Shown here piece by piece: positions 12,090 to 25,089 of a stretch of 64,000 nt of DNA. The DNA is taken from positions 2,232,001 to 2,296,000 of the forward strand of contig CDPCPM010000026.1 of NCBI GenBank assembly GCA_976551045.1. Reading direction: 5' to 3'. Origin of the DNA: Glaucostegus cemiculus (lineage: Eukaryota). How positions within the stretch are numbered: the stretch's first letter is position 1; each line of letters begins with the position of its first letter. The translations under genes were made by a program, and so were the position numbers. The notes below the pieces were generated by a model. It did not search any database. It was not told where the DNA came from and was given only the letters and a program-made list of their open reading frames with translations.

Positions 12090-14090
12090 AAGGGCATGTT
12101 ACTGTGCACAATTTCTGGTGGTGATAAAGAGGTAAAACTGCCACAAAGCAGGAAAATGAAAGTTTACATAACTTATCTGTTCTGAGAAGTTGTTCTTCAT
12201 GAAAATAGAGTAAGTAGGAGTGAAATTAAAAGGGAAATTAGGAAAGCAAAGAGAGAGCATTAAAAACTGCCAACAGATAAAATCAAAGAAACTTGGAGGA
12301 TATGTTACAAATATATAAAGGGCAAGAGGAGAACTAAGCACAGAGCAAGGATTCTTAAAGACCAAAAAGGTAACCTTCATGTGAAAAAAAAGATGATGTG
12401 TGTAAAATTCTAAATGAATAATTTGTGACTGTTTTTAAGGAGGACAATGATGATGTTGTATTTAAGGAGGAAGAGCATGAAATATTGGATGGGAGAAGCA
12501 AAGTAATAGAGGAAGTATTAAGGGAGGTAGCATCTTTGAAAAAAGATAGATTTCCAGGCCTGGATGAAATATACTTCAGGATGTTAAAAGAAGCAAAGGA
12601 TAAAATTGCTGAGGATCTCTGTCACTTTCAAATATATTTGTATAATGAAAGAGTGGACCATGCCTAATGTTGTACCATTGGGGGGATAAAGGGAGTAAGA
12701 GATAAACTGAGAATCCAGGCCAGGTTGTTTAACTTCTGTGGTATTAAATTTATTGGAATCAATTCTGGGGTACAATATCCACCTTAATCTGGAAAGGCAC
12801 AGGTTAATCAAAGACATACAGCATGGATTTGTTAAGTGATGGTTGTGTCTGAATAATTTGAATTTTTGAGGATTAACGAGAAGGGTTGATGAAGTTAATT
12901 TGTCCAATTTAATCTACCTGAATTTTAACCAAAGGTTTTGGCCATGTCCAAAATGGCAGGTTGGTCAAAAAAGGAAAGGCACATGGCACCCAAGGGAGAA
13001 TGGTAAATTGGATTCAGAATTGGCTTAATTGCAGGGAGCAAAGTGTGACAGATGGATGTGTGGTTTTGTGACAGGAAGGCTGTTACGACTGGGGCTCCAC
13101 AAGGCTGGTGCTTGGTCTCCTGTTATTTGTTGTTTATACGTTAGTGATTTACACTTAAATTTGAGGGGCATGATAAGGATGTTTGCAATGTTACAAAAAT
13201 GGCTGCACTTAACCGGATGGAGGAAAGCTTTAGATTATAGGAACATATAGACGGTCTGGTCATTTGGGAAGAAAATTAGCAAATGAACTATAATCCGGAT
13301 AAGGGTGAGATTATGCATTTATGGAGTTTCAACAAGGCAAGGGTAAATGCAATCAACTCCAGGGTATGAGAAGTGAGGAGGAATAGAGGGACCTTGGAGT
13401 GTAGGTCCACAGATCCTTAAAGATAGCAGAACAGGTAGATAAAGTCATTAAAAAGACACAAGTGGGATATTCTCCCATATTTATTAGCTAAAGTATTAAA
13501 ATTTAGGAGCAGGGATGATATGATGGAATAGAATGCAGAGCTGGTTAAGTCACTGTTTGAGTATTGTATGCAGTTTCAGTTTTTCCTTATCACAGCAAAG
13601 ATATGCTTGCGCTGGAGAAGGTACAAAGGAAATTTATGTTGCAAAGGCTGGAAAATTTTAGCTATGAGGAAAATTTGAAAAGACTGGGATTGTTTTCTTT
13701 GGAATAGAAGAGGTTTGTTTGTAGTGTATGAAATTAAAAGGAGTTTGGTTAGAGAAAGGAAGAGCAACTCATTTCCCTTAGCAAAGTGTTCAAAAATCAG
13801 AGGACATGGGTTTAAAGTCAATGGCAGAAAGGTCTGATGGGAGATAAGGTTATTTTATTTCACCTCGAGAGTGGTAGGGGTCTGATGCTCATTGCCTGAA
13901 AGGGTGATAGGAGCAGGAAACTCCATTGATTCAATGAGTGTCTGGACTTGTGCACTTGAAAAGCTCTGGCCTGTAGGGTTACAGATCAGGTGCTGCATGG
14001 GTGGGATTAAGCTGGCTAGCTGTTTCTCAATGAATACAGGCACAATAAGATGAATGGCATCCCTCTGTGTCATAAATTTTCTGTGATGCT
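12090..14090 (+). mobile_element. Old CR1 LINE ORF2 fragment through 3' end
   Basis: Frameshifted CR1 motifs: FPGLDEIY.RMLKE, cagcatggatttgttaag (QHGF), GHGFKV, and a 3' end gaatggcatccctctgtgtc. Confidence 0.8.
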
Positions 14091-14759
14091 ATGGGTACTA
14101 AGTTTCAAAAAAAAGATACCTCATTGTCTTCTGGGAATCAGAGGCAATCACGTTGACTGATTCAAATGGTATATTCGTTTATACATAAGAATTTTTCTTA
14201 TTCATTAACAAGGCTGTGTAATAAACTTTGTGTGGTGGGATTGGAGATCATTTTACTTGTGCCAGATGTTCCATTGTAAACCTTTTCTTTCCAAAAGCAG
14301 TTACAATTTCTGTTAAACTGAACAAACTGAAAATATTTTCACCAGGATCCCATTCAGAATGGATATGCCTGTTCCACTCCCAAATGTGAAAGCAGAGAAT
14401 TTTATTTATAACTTGTACCACACCATCTCCCATCATTCCTTCACTGTCTTTTGCCAGTCTTCATATGTGAGGTTGAACCACATGATGCATGTGCACAACT
14501 TGGAGTTCCTGCCATGTGGTAATTAAGTTTCCTCATTAAACACTGGAATTCAATTTTCCTACTGCTACAACTAAACACTTTGCTGTTGTCAACAGTAGTC
14601 AAATTTTCAAAATGGTGACAGTAGCACCAAATAACTGTCTCAAAACCTCCTGATTCACCATTTGTTAAAGTGTGCAAACAAGTCTGAAGCGTCGGCCATG
14701 AGGTGCATTCAAAACATTCCCAATTTAATTTTAACTTCCGTAGTTTTTAATGTTTAATG

Positions 14760-14915
14760 TTTTTTTAATATTTATTCTGTTAAGTGTGTCTGTGTGTCTC
14801 TGTTGGTTGTTATTTAATAGGACGAGCACCTGAGGAGGACGGTATCTCGCTCCTATGCATACTATGTATGTATATGGTTGTGACAATAAAACTGATTCTG
14901 ATTCTGATTCTGAAC
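14760..14915 (+). mobile_element. 3' tail of a Rex1/Babar-like LINE
   Basis: gtgacaataaaa followed by a (ctgatt)n microsatellite tail. Confidence 0.5.
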
Positions 14916-15831
14916 TTTGAATTTAAATTTTGCTTACGATTGCCTCTGGGAACAGATACTAAACAGTAACAGACTGTTGGATTTATTCAGGTGCTGTGGC
15001 TACAGAACTGGGCTCTGTGCTTCTATTGTTTCACCACTGTGTGTACTTCCAACTTTCTCTGCAGATCATGAGGATAAGTTCTTGGTGTAATTCTCACTGT
15101 GTTGTAAATCGGTTAGTCTGGTGGCACAAGTGTCATTTGCCAGGAGAGGGTGGGCAGATTATGACATCATTCCTCATGATCCACCTAGGGCCATTCGTCG
15201 ACCATTTGCAGAAAAGCAGCTATTCATAAGCAGGAAGACCCAGGCCCAACCCACCCTTCCCACAAAACGCCCCAATCTGAACCATTTAAAGGGATCATTG
15301 ATTTGTAGGTGGTTGATCTAATGAATAGTTGTTTGGAGAGAAGTGTGGAATTTGACTTTGCCAGAACTAGGGAAAGTTTCTAACATCTTCAGAGAATGTG
15401 GTGACTGGGTTTTGGACTCTATCATAAACTACTGCACCTTTGTCCTGCCTGAGAATATTGTTGGCCATTTCCCTGAGCATTTAACGCGATGGGGAGAAAG
15501 AGGACAAAGCCCCCAGGAAAGGGGAATCAGCTGGGAGAGTGAAGAGTAGGGCGAAAAGGACGTTGAGCAGAAGGTTCCGTCCTCAGTACCAGTTGTCCTA
15601 TTTGCAGCTCTGTGATGAATAATGCCTGTGAACACTCTGCTTAAGTAACTAGTTGCTGATCTTGACCTGCCCCAAGTTACAGCCACAGTGGTGCCCACAT
15701 AACTGTGCAAGGACTGCCCTGCCTGTGCTTATTATGGTGTCGGACATCAATTTCTTTAATCCTGGGTTGTTTCCAGATTAGTGCTGGGGACATTAGCAGT
15801 AATTCTTTATTTGTACCATACTGCCACATGC

Positions 15832-16640
15832 AGATTGGAATTAGAATTAGTTTATTACTGTCACTTGTACCGAGCTACAGCTACAGTATACAGTCTTGCA
15901 TACTGTTCATACAGATCAATTCATTACACAGTGCATTGAGGTAGTACAGGGTAGAGCAATACAGAATGCCGAATGAAGTTCAGCAGCAACAGGGAAAGTG
16001 CAGTGCCAGTAGACAATAAGGTGCAAGGTCATAACAAGGTAAATTGTGAGGTAAAGAGTCCATCTTATTGTACTAGGGAATCATTCAATAGTCATAACAG
16101 CAGGATAGAAGCTGTCCTTGAGCCTGGTGGTATGTGCTTTCAGACTTTTGTATCTTCTACTTGATGGGAGAGGAGAGAAGAGAGAATGTCTAGGGTGAGT
16201 GGGGTCTTTGATTCTGCTGGCTGCTTTACCAAGGCAGCGAGAGGTAAAGACAGAGTCCATGGACGGGAGGCTGGTTTCCATGATGTGCTGAGCTGTGTCC
16301 ACAACTCACTGCAGTTTCTTGTGGTCATGGGCAGAGCAGTTGCCATACCAAGCTGTGATACATCCAGATAGTATGCTTTCTACGGTGCATCGATAAAACT
16401 TTGTGAGTGTCAAAGGGGACATGCCAAATTTCTTTAGCTTCTTGAGAAAGTAGAGGTGCTAGTGAGCTTTCTTGGCTGTGGCGTCTATGTGGTTGGACCA
16501 GGACAGGCTATTGGTGATGTTCATTCCTCAGAACTTAAAGCTCTCAACCCTCACAATCTTAGCACCCTTGATGCAAACAGTAGCATGTACGCTGACCCCC
16601 TTCCTGAAGTCAATGACCAGCTCTTTTGTTTTGCTTTGCT
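15832..16640 (-). mobile_element. Rex1/Babar-clade LINE 3' fragment
   Basis: Encodes RCLGKAASRIKDPTHPRHSLFSPLPSSRRYKSLKAHTTRLKDSFYPAV, the C-terminus typical of this family. Closely related to the copy at 60753-61420. Confidence 0.85.
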
Positions 16641-16649
16641 AGGGAGGTT

Positions 16650-17020
16650 ATGGAGGCTGTCTACTTGAGATTGATGGGGGCACTGTACTCAAAGAAAGAA
16701 CATCCCATCTCCTTGAGCAGAGAGCAGTAGCCAACATGTGAGTGGAGTTTCCCAGAACGATGGGCTTCCTTGAGGCGCAGAATGGTACTGACAGCACCCA
16801 TGTCATCTTGAGGACTCCATGTGTACTTCATCCTTGAGTGGTCTCAGCCCTTCAGTATCCAGCTGCTCAGTGCTCAGATCACGTGTGATGATATGCTCAA
16901 TCTGGGGAGCTGTTTCATCTTGCTCTGGTCCACTGTGCCATCTATTATCCTGCCACGAAACCAGACCAGCGAATGTCTGCATGATGACAAGGGCTATCCT
17001 TTGTCCCAGTAGCTACGGGA
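16650..17020 (-). mobile_element. Degenerate LINE fragment (RTE-like)
   Basis: Resembles the RTE-type ORF C-terminal region; heavily decayed. Confidence 0.35.
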
Positions 17021-17059
17021 AATTTAAATTCAGGCAATTAAATAACTACCTGATTTTTT

Positions 17060-17260
17060 TTTAAAAGGCTGGTCTCAATAACAGTAGCAAAGAAACTACT
17101 GAATTGTTTAAGAACCCATCTCGAGAAGGAATTCTACCATCCTCATCCAGTATGGCCAGTCTGTGACTCCAGACTCAACCATGTGCAATTCAGGGCCAAT
17201 TAAGAAAAGACAGTAAATGCTGGCATTGTCAGTGATGTCCACCTCCTGTGAACAAATAAA
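17060..17260 (+). mobile_element. Elasmobranch SINE/LINE-tail fragment
   Basis: Motifs gaaactac..gaattg, gaaggaattct, tgtgactccagac and aaatgctggc. Part of the same pattern recurs at about 35750-35980. Confidence 0.5.
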
Positions 17261-18864
17261 CACACGAAAAAGCCATAACAACAAAAGTACAATGAAGGAG
17301 GCAGCTTCACACAAAAAGGCAGAATTCTCCATCAGTAAGCAAAGTCCTGCCATCCTCAACCCAGTCAAGCTAAAGAAGTGACCACCAGACACTGGGTGAT
17401 GTTTGGGTCTGCAAGTGTTGAAATGGAGCCAGCCACCACTTTCATGCTATTTTGAAGGACTCCCAAGCTTTTCGCAAAGCTACATGCATGGTTGGAGTTG
17501 GCACCAGCAAATTCCTTCACACTTAACGCAGGCCTGGTGGTCATTGTGCACTGAAAAGCCAAGAACTGCAGTTGTGGGGAACCTACAGTAAAACCAGAAA
17601 ATGCACACCATTTGTGGAGAGAGAAAAATGGGTGGTACTTGTGTCCTTTTGAGAACCGGCACCTCCTCCTTTGTAGTTTTCCTGCCTAGCATTTTTGTGT
17701 ATCTATTCATTCGCTGGAAGTGGGCATTGCTGTCCAGATTGGCCATGTGGTCACACACTGGCTGTTTATTTGAAGGACTGAGGCTCCTTGAGGGTGTAGT
17801 GCACCGTGGATTTTGATTGGAGTCCTCGAGGGGATTTACAGTAAATCATGTTTCAAGAATTCTGGATACTAGTTCTCTGTAGCTGTGACACTTTACTCTA
17901 CTGTTATTTTTCTTACCTGTACTACCTCAATGCACTCTTTACTAACTCAGTGTAGCTGCACTGTGTAATGAATTGACCTGTATGATTGGTTTGTAAAACC
18001 AGTTGGCTTCTCCAGTCTGTTGCAATTGAATAACTGGCAATGTGTAAAATCTGTGAGATGTGAACATGAAATTTGGAGTAGAAGTAAGCATGTGAAGTTG
18101 ACGAGGGGGTGGGGAAGGGGCATCTGAATGTTAGGTCCCAGCCTTGATGGAGAGAGATTGTCAGTAGGCAAGTGATGGAGGTGTATTGTATATCTGACTG
18201 ATTCTACAGTTTTTGAGAAATGGGAATTAGTAGTGTTTACACAATCCATGACTATACTTGTGAATGCAATGCATGCACATGCTTGGATCCTTGCTCTTGA
18301 TATTAACCTGACCGTCATCTCTTCCTCCTGTCACTTAACCATATCCTGGGGGAGCTTCCTAACCTTGTGTGGGAAGTGGACTTATTCTTCTCATCCCTAC
18401 CAAGGCCTTCAGAGCTATGTCTGAAGGTAAGGTTGCCCTGTCTCACCCATGATCTGCCATGGCTTCCAGCAAGCTCTGAAACTTATTGAAAGAGTTGCCC
18501 CGATTAGTTACAGCCACATGGTACTTCTCTTTTAGGAGTTGCAGGCTTTAATCAGCTCTTCCAAGCTTCATTTGCTGCTTGCCACCTGTGAAATTTGGCC
18601 ACTTGAATATGTGCCAAGGTAATAAATAGTGGAGTTAAACCTAAGTAACTCTTGAGTTTGGAGCACAACTTTTGTCCGATCTTATGCCATGTCAAAAGGA
18701 CACAGACTAATCATGCTTCCCTATTCCAGCACACGTTTTCCAGCACTTTCCAATTTAATAGCACGGCCATCAATTAACATTGCATTTTTTGTTTTCTATC
18801 AAGTAACAGGTCTTACATTTTATTTTCTGATGTTCTTCTGAGGATAACTCAAATCTTGTTTTAG

Positions 18865-19076
18865 TCACTAGCCAAATCAGTGATGACACTGGCACAGAAT
18901 CGGACATTTGCAAGAAGGATCCACCTTGGAAATTTCAAAATGACGAACCCATCCTTTCACAGAGTGCTCAGCTAGTGCGGCCCGGTTACATTCATCTCCA
19001 CGAGATCAGAACTAATTCAGCAGACTCGCAATTGTCCTCTGAAGCAAAAGAGCAACAACAAACAAATCAACAGTAA
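18865..19076 (+). CDS. Candidate alternative terminal exon of SLC9A5 (70 aa)
   Basis: Pyrimidine-rich acceptor tcttgttttag| in phase 1, matching the 11501 donor. Open for 70 codons (VTSQISDDTGTESDICKKDPPWKFQNDEPILSQSAQLVRPGYIHLHEIRTNSADSQLSSEAKEQQQTNQQ) to TAA. Confidence 0.45.
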
Positions 19077-22000
19077 ATAATGCAATTATCAATTACTTCC
19101 TTCTGCTGGTCCTCCATTATTTTCACCTTCTTTCTTTTCTTCAATCTGGAATACTTATGCTTTCTTTCTTCAACTCGAAGATATAAAGTGCAATAGTCTG
19201 AGCCATTATCAACTTTAAAAAGTAGAGCATGTTTGCATCTATATTTCTGTTTGCTGATTTCTAAGCAGGCTATTAAAGGAAAATGTAATTTAATTCACAA
19301 AGGCACTGAGTCTGATGTTATATGTACAGATTCCTCAGATATTCTGCTAGTGAAACAGAATTGCAAATGCAGCTCTTTTTACTAAAATGAAGACCTCTCT
19401 GGACTCACTAATGGTTTGTGTACTGGTCCAGTGAGAAAGCATGCATTCATCTTTTCATTACGTTATATTTTTAAAAATATTTTGAACATGCGAGTTCAAG
19501 CCACAGTTACATTGCCAGCTGGTGTGAGATCCTTTGCAAAAGGAAGCCCCAGATCCCTTGTTGAAATTGAAAATTGCTGCAATATAACTAAAGCCTAGTA
19601 TAAAAATGTAATTTAAAAGTGCAGAAGTGATCCTATGGAAATATCACAATATTTAATAAACCAGCCACGTAGGGTGCACAGATTTGCAAATACTTTTAAT
19701 TTGCTTGGTGTCTATGGCAGCCTCAAGGGAAAAAACCTACACTGACCAGAGATGTCAATAACAGTTTGTAAGATCAAGTTCAAGCAACAGCAGGTACCTG
19801 CCCTGAATTGCACAGCTGGGGCAGAAGGATGGTGCCAGATAGAAATAACAGGGGTGAGTAGTACTCACGAAGTGAATGCAAGTGCAAGCATGAGCTGTTG
19901 GACTGGAGAGCAAGTTACCCACAGAGCTCACACTGGGGGAGGGAATGAAAAATGGAACATGTCATCATGAATTGAGGTAAGGAAGGGGGATGGAGGAGGC
20001 GGTGAGGGGGATGGAATCATGACTGAAGGGGAAAGAGAAAGGTGAATGATGTGAACTGAGGGACGATGAGAGCCAGTGTGAACCGAGGGATGAAGTGCGA
20101 TAGTGGGGAGAGAGAGATGAAGCGAGAGAGTGCGAACTGAGACATGAAAGGTGAGGGGAGCCAGAGTGGACTAAGTATTGAAGGGTACTAGTTTGTGGAG
20201 GCAGAGGGAAAGGGCACCTGGAAATCACATAAAAAGGGAGAATAAAGTCTTTATCCCACTGCATGAACCAAATGTCGCCCTTTAAGAAAATTTAATGAGA
20301 TTCAATAAGTACTTGCAATGCATATCCCTAATAGCAGGTAATTGCTCTTCAAGGATAGCAGAAAAAACAAACAACTTTTGACTGTTATATAACTGATGGC
20401 ATATTTTGTAGCCTGTAGTTGAAGTTATGACATTTTTATGCACAAGTGCATTTCCATGTCATAAGTTTATACTCATACTGTTTGTATCAGCTTTTTGAAG
20501 TTGCTGATTTCTGTGTTCGTCCATGCAAGGGCATGGGCTGGATCACAGAAGCAGCTCAGGCCAACGCTGCTGATTCATTCTAATATTTCAGTCAGTAGTC
20601 AGAGTGGGAAATTGTGGTATTCAATCTGGAATGTTATCTGCGGTGCACAATCCAGTATACGAATGAAGCAGGGTCAGCTACAAGCAGTAAAAAGCTTTTT
20701 CTTAAACAAAAGTAGCTGGCGTAGTGAGTTATGAGAGTGGTTGAAGATTCCCTGGGGAATTTGGAATGATGAATACAATTTGGAATGAAGCAGCTTCTTA
20801 GCAGCATGGAGTGACTAGTCATTAAATTCTTGAAGTGATGGTCAGGTTGCAGATGAATGAGCGTCCTGATTATGAATAATTTTATTCATTATTAATCCAT
20901 TCATTGTGAGTAAAAATGCTTAAAATAACTCAGAATGATCTATTGATTTATGTAAGAATGCAACACTTTACAGGGAGCGACCTGTTGGTTTGATGAATGC
21001 AGCATTTAGAAAAAAAAGTGACTTGTGGTATGTAATTTACTCCTTTGAAATTAGGACAAAGTGGATGCTGAAGTTGTGTTGCCCTAACCTCAAAATGTTC
21101 CTGTTGGACAGCAGAATTGTGTGTATAATCTATGAGAAAGCTGATGACTGAATATTCCAACTGGGAGAGTGGCACCTAGGAGCAGGCAGAATTAGATCCT
21201 CATATGTCAGCTCAATTCTTTTGTGCTGCAGGTTGCAGAAAGTGCAAGTGGATAGCACACAACAGGGCTTCTCATTGGTGTGTGCTGGGTTTCAACCTAT
21301 TAAACAATGAGAAAGAAACAGAGGATTGGAAGAAAATGGAATAGGGTGAACGAATGCAGAGAGGATTAATAAAGACAAGATAAGGAAAATTGGATTAAGG
21401 GAGGGAGGGGGAAAAAGAGACGATAGTAAAAAAAAATTGCAAAAGCACTAACAATTACTACCTGCAGAAAAGAGTCAATAGTTCCACTGTCTCTTTGAAG
21501 GTGAAGTATGCATTGCAGGAACATTAATCTCAATATTAAAAAGGCCTGCAGGCAGTTAAATATTAGCCCTAATTTCTGCAGATAGTTTACTGGGTAATTA
21601 ATGTGTGAGTGCAGCAATTGTTTTACACCCATGAGAAGGTTGAGGGTAATCTGTTGCTTAAGTGAGGATAACTAACAGTGGACCAGTGCAAATAGTCCAG
21701 CAATTTCTGGTGATTTGCAACACATAAGGTAACTTGCCCTCATCATAAATTAATGGACGATTTATTCATTAAGATCACAGGACCATTAAACTTGTTCTTA
21801 TTTTGCTTTTGAAGCTTTGAACTGTATTCAAGTATATCTTGCGAGACTTCCAGGTATCAGTAATAACTTGAACTTTTTAATCTTGTTATCATGAAACATG
21901 GTGATGGTCTCTCCGTAAACCCTTGCTTGCTAAATTTTAATTTGCTCCAAGTTGACTTGAACTCTACAACTATTAATTTTCATCTTCCTAGCACCTTTAT

Positions 22001-22151
22001 AGCAAATCTTGTGCTGACTTTACTCTCACACTGTTGTGCATTTATTTAAAGTATTACAGTGAATGTATTTTGAAAATATATATTTTAGGATGCATATATG
22101 TACCTTTTTAAATGTTATTAAAATGTACTATTTTTAACTTGTATATCTCAG

Positions 22152-22693
22152 ATAATTCTGAATATCTTCAAAGCCCAAGCATTATCCCACTATCTCCTAC
22201 TTCTGCTGAGAAAGAGCTTCCCTGGAAAGGTGACACAAGTAACCTTTCAGCCTGTGTCTCTTTGGAAACTACCAAGATTGTGCCAGTCGACTTGCAATAT
22301 GCCTGGAATCGCAGCATGTCATCGCTCGAGAGCCTGGTCTCACCTACCATGTCTGATGTAGTGTTTCAGCCAAGGACCTTGAATTTCATGCTGGAGGAGC
22401 ACACAGCTTCAGCACGGCATCACGTCCATTTCCAGTTTCCTGATGTTTGTACAGCTGGCGAAAGGAGTGCTGATGAGGACACCGTTGAGTTTATTCAGCA
22501 GCAGGAGCTGCAGCCACTGATGTCTGCTGAAGATGATAGCAGACCAGTTCCGTCTGCTGGGTTTGTAAGTACCAGATGGTCTGCTTCATTCCACAGACCT
22601 TCCTATGTCTCAGCACTGAAATCTTTGGTTACCTCAACACAATACACCACTAAACAATCTGAGAAGTCTGGTAATAAACAGACAGAACTTTAA
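22152..22693 (+). CDS. SLC9A5: SLC9A5 terminal coding exon (probably exon 16) with stop
   Basis: Acceptor atatctcag| in phase 1. Motifs SPSIIPLSPTSAEKELPWK, SLETTKIVPVDLQYAWNRSMSSLESLVSP and QQQELQPLM all match NHE5 tail motifs. Ends QTEL-TAA. Confidence 0.95.
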
Positions 22694-23197
22694 TTTTATT
22701 TCATGCAAGAAAGATGAATATAAGTGGACCATAACATTTTAGTTTCATATACCACTGAATATGTACTTTGAAAGACCGGAGAATCTTAAGCCATTTTAAG
22801 GCTAATAATTATGTAAAAATGTTAGCAAACAAATATATATTGTATTATATTTATGTGATTTAAAGTTGTTAATACTGTTATGAAAATGAAAGCATTCAAT
22901 CTTCAGATTTGAATGCTGTGGAGAGATTTCCTTGACATGGTTACTCAGAGTGCAGAAAAGTTTACAGTTCTGTGTGACCCTTTTCTGGCCAGTGGTCGGG
23001 AGGGTGAGGAGGTTGCAAGGCAACTGCCTCAAGCAGATAGAATTATATAATGGGACAGTCAAAGAATGGGACAAACAAGAAAGAGCTGCTGACTAACCAT
23101 TCAGGGAGGTCAGAGATTACAGTCTTCCCCATCAAATCTAGCTATAGGGAGACTGATGTGATCTTTTTTTGGATGGGAACTTTTTGTATAAAATCAG

Positions 23198-23203
23198 AAT
23201 AAA
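23198..23203 (+). promoter_or_regulatory. Candidate polyadenylation signal for SLC9A5
   Basis: AATAAA about 500 nt downstream of the stop codon. Usage is unproven. Confidence 0.35.
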
Positions 23204-23439
23204 AGTGAGGACATTGCTCTAATGGAATATGTAATTATCCTTCTATTGATTTATTATATCACATTTTGGCAATGGGCAGTTTGGAAGTGAATAATGAATC
23301 TGCACCACAAGAAGGCATTGTCTCCTTTTAATGTTTTGAATACAATGGAGCTCCTTAGGTGAGAATCCACCCTCATAAACAGAGCATAGGTTAATCCCAG
23401 AGCTCTATCTATTTAAGGAGAAATTGTATTCGGTACTGA

Positions 23440-24830
23440 GGGAGAAAATTGTTGACAGTAGGAAAGCAACAATGGAGTGGTTTGGTGCCCAGAAATAGCA
23501 AATGGAATTCAATCCAAAGAAATGTGAGGTAATGTATTTTAAGAGGGCAACTAAGGCAAGAGTGTGCACCATAAATGGTAGAATCCATTGGAAATATTAT
23601 CATTCTTGAACACTTAACTTTCTTTTCACCATACAGATGCTGCATGACCTACTGAATATTTCTAGCACTTTTATTTTTTTTTCAATTTTTTATTTTTTTT
23701 AAGGATTTCCAGAATCAGCCGTATTTTGCTTTAGGGTACAGCCATTCTTTGATTTATAAAAGGCAAGTATTCCTGGAAAATATTGTTGTTTTTTCTGGAG
23801 CAAAGGAGACTGAGAAGAGATTTAGTAGAGGTATACAAAATTATGAGACTTGGGGCGATCTGAAAGGACATTAGCCACAACATCAATAATTAGGGTACAT
23901 AGTTTTAAGTTAACATAGAAACATGAAAATGGAGCTGGGGAATTATTTTTTCCACTGACCTTTTTGGTTGACAAGAATATGATCAAGGAACTATCTCTTC
24001 TGAATTGTGAATTTCTATAATTGAAATGTGTTTTATTATACCCTTTTCTATATTATGTTTCATTAATTCATCAGTTTTGCCTTTTAGTACAACCTTTATA
24101 CATTTTGGATCTATTTTCTATCTTTACTGTTCTACATTATTCCTGACTGCTCTTGGATTTGATGTTCCACCATGTAGGTTAGTATTACTTTGGGGTTCTG
24201 ACTGAGATGAGGAGGATGAATTAATGAGGGACCAACAAATGAGGTGCAACAGCCACCAACATATTAATGCCTGACCATCATCCACCCACTTACCCCAGTG
24301 ATTACCATTCAAGAAAAATATCTTCACACATCAGCAAGCCCTTGTATCGTCTCTGCTTCTGAAAAATTGTGACTTCTGCTCTGTTATTGGCATAGACCTA
24401 AAGACATTGGTAGAAGGATTAATGAGGAAAAATGTTTTACCCAGAGGGTGGTTGAAATCCAGAACTCTCTGGCTGAAAAGGTGGTGGAGTATATGAACAC
24501 CATTATCTAAATGGTGAGAGATTGAAGTGCTGTTTGAAGGCAAGAGATCTGGGTGTCCATGTCTGGTTCACAAAAGGCTAGTCTGTAGGTAGAGAAAATA
24601 ATTAGGAAAACTAACAGTGAACAATCATTTATTTCTAGTGGAATTGAATACAAAAGTAGTGAGGTTATGCTTTAGTTATGTAAGGTTTTGGTGAGACCAT
24701 GTTTAAGTACTGTACACAGTATTGGTCTTTTTATTTAAGGAAGGATGTAAATGCAATGGAAGCAATTCTGAAGTTTACCAGCCTGAAAGCTGGAATGGGT
24801 AGGATGTTTCACGAAGAGAAGTTGATCATT
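23440..24830 (+). mobile_element. Cluster of decayed CR1 LINE fragments downstream of SLC9A5
   Basis: CR1-like strings such as caaatggaattcaatccaaagaaatgtgagg, ttacccagagggtgg and ggtgagaccatgtttaagtactgt. Confidence 0.6.
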
Positions 24831-25089
24831 AATTATTAATAGCTCAGATTGCCATAGAAGCACAATCTGGATGCAGTTATGTGTGGATTTCCAAACTCTT
24901 CTAACATCTGGAGACCTTAATGCCCAGTTCCCAAACTCATTGCAGGCTGCCTAAACACCTTTTAAAGTTCACTGAGTGTGCTTAAATGAACAGGAAGTTT
25001 TTTTAGCATTTAGCTGTAGAATTATTCATGAGTGTTTCAGTGTTGGCATGACTGCCAATTATCCTGCTGATGCTGAAGACATCATTATA

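Noticed and set aside
19960-20225. Purine-rich degenerate repeat and Ser-rich minus ORF
   Set aside because: Low-complexity sequence without credible splice context or homology.
2439-22693. Assignment to SLC9A3 (NHE3)
   Set aside because: The motifs CLDLQVIDTVRSGRDRED, KSTKHN, EKELPWK and ETTKIVPVD match NHE5 rather than NHE3.
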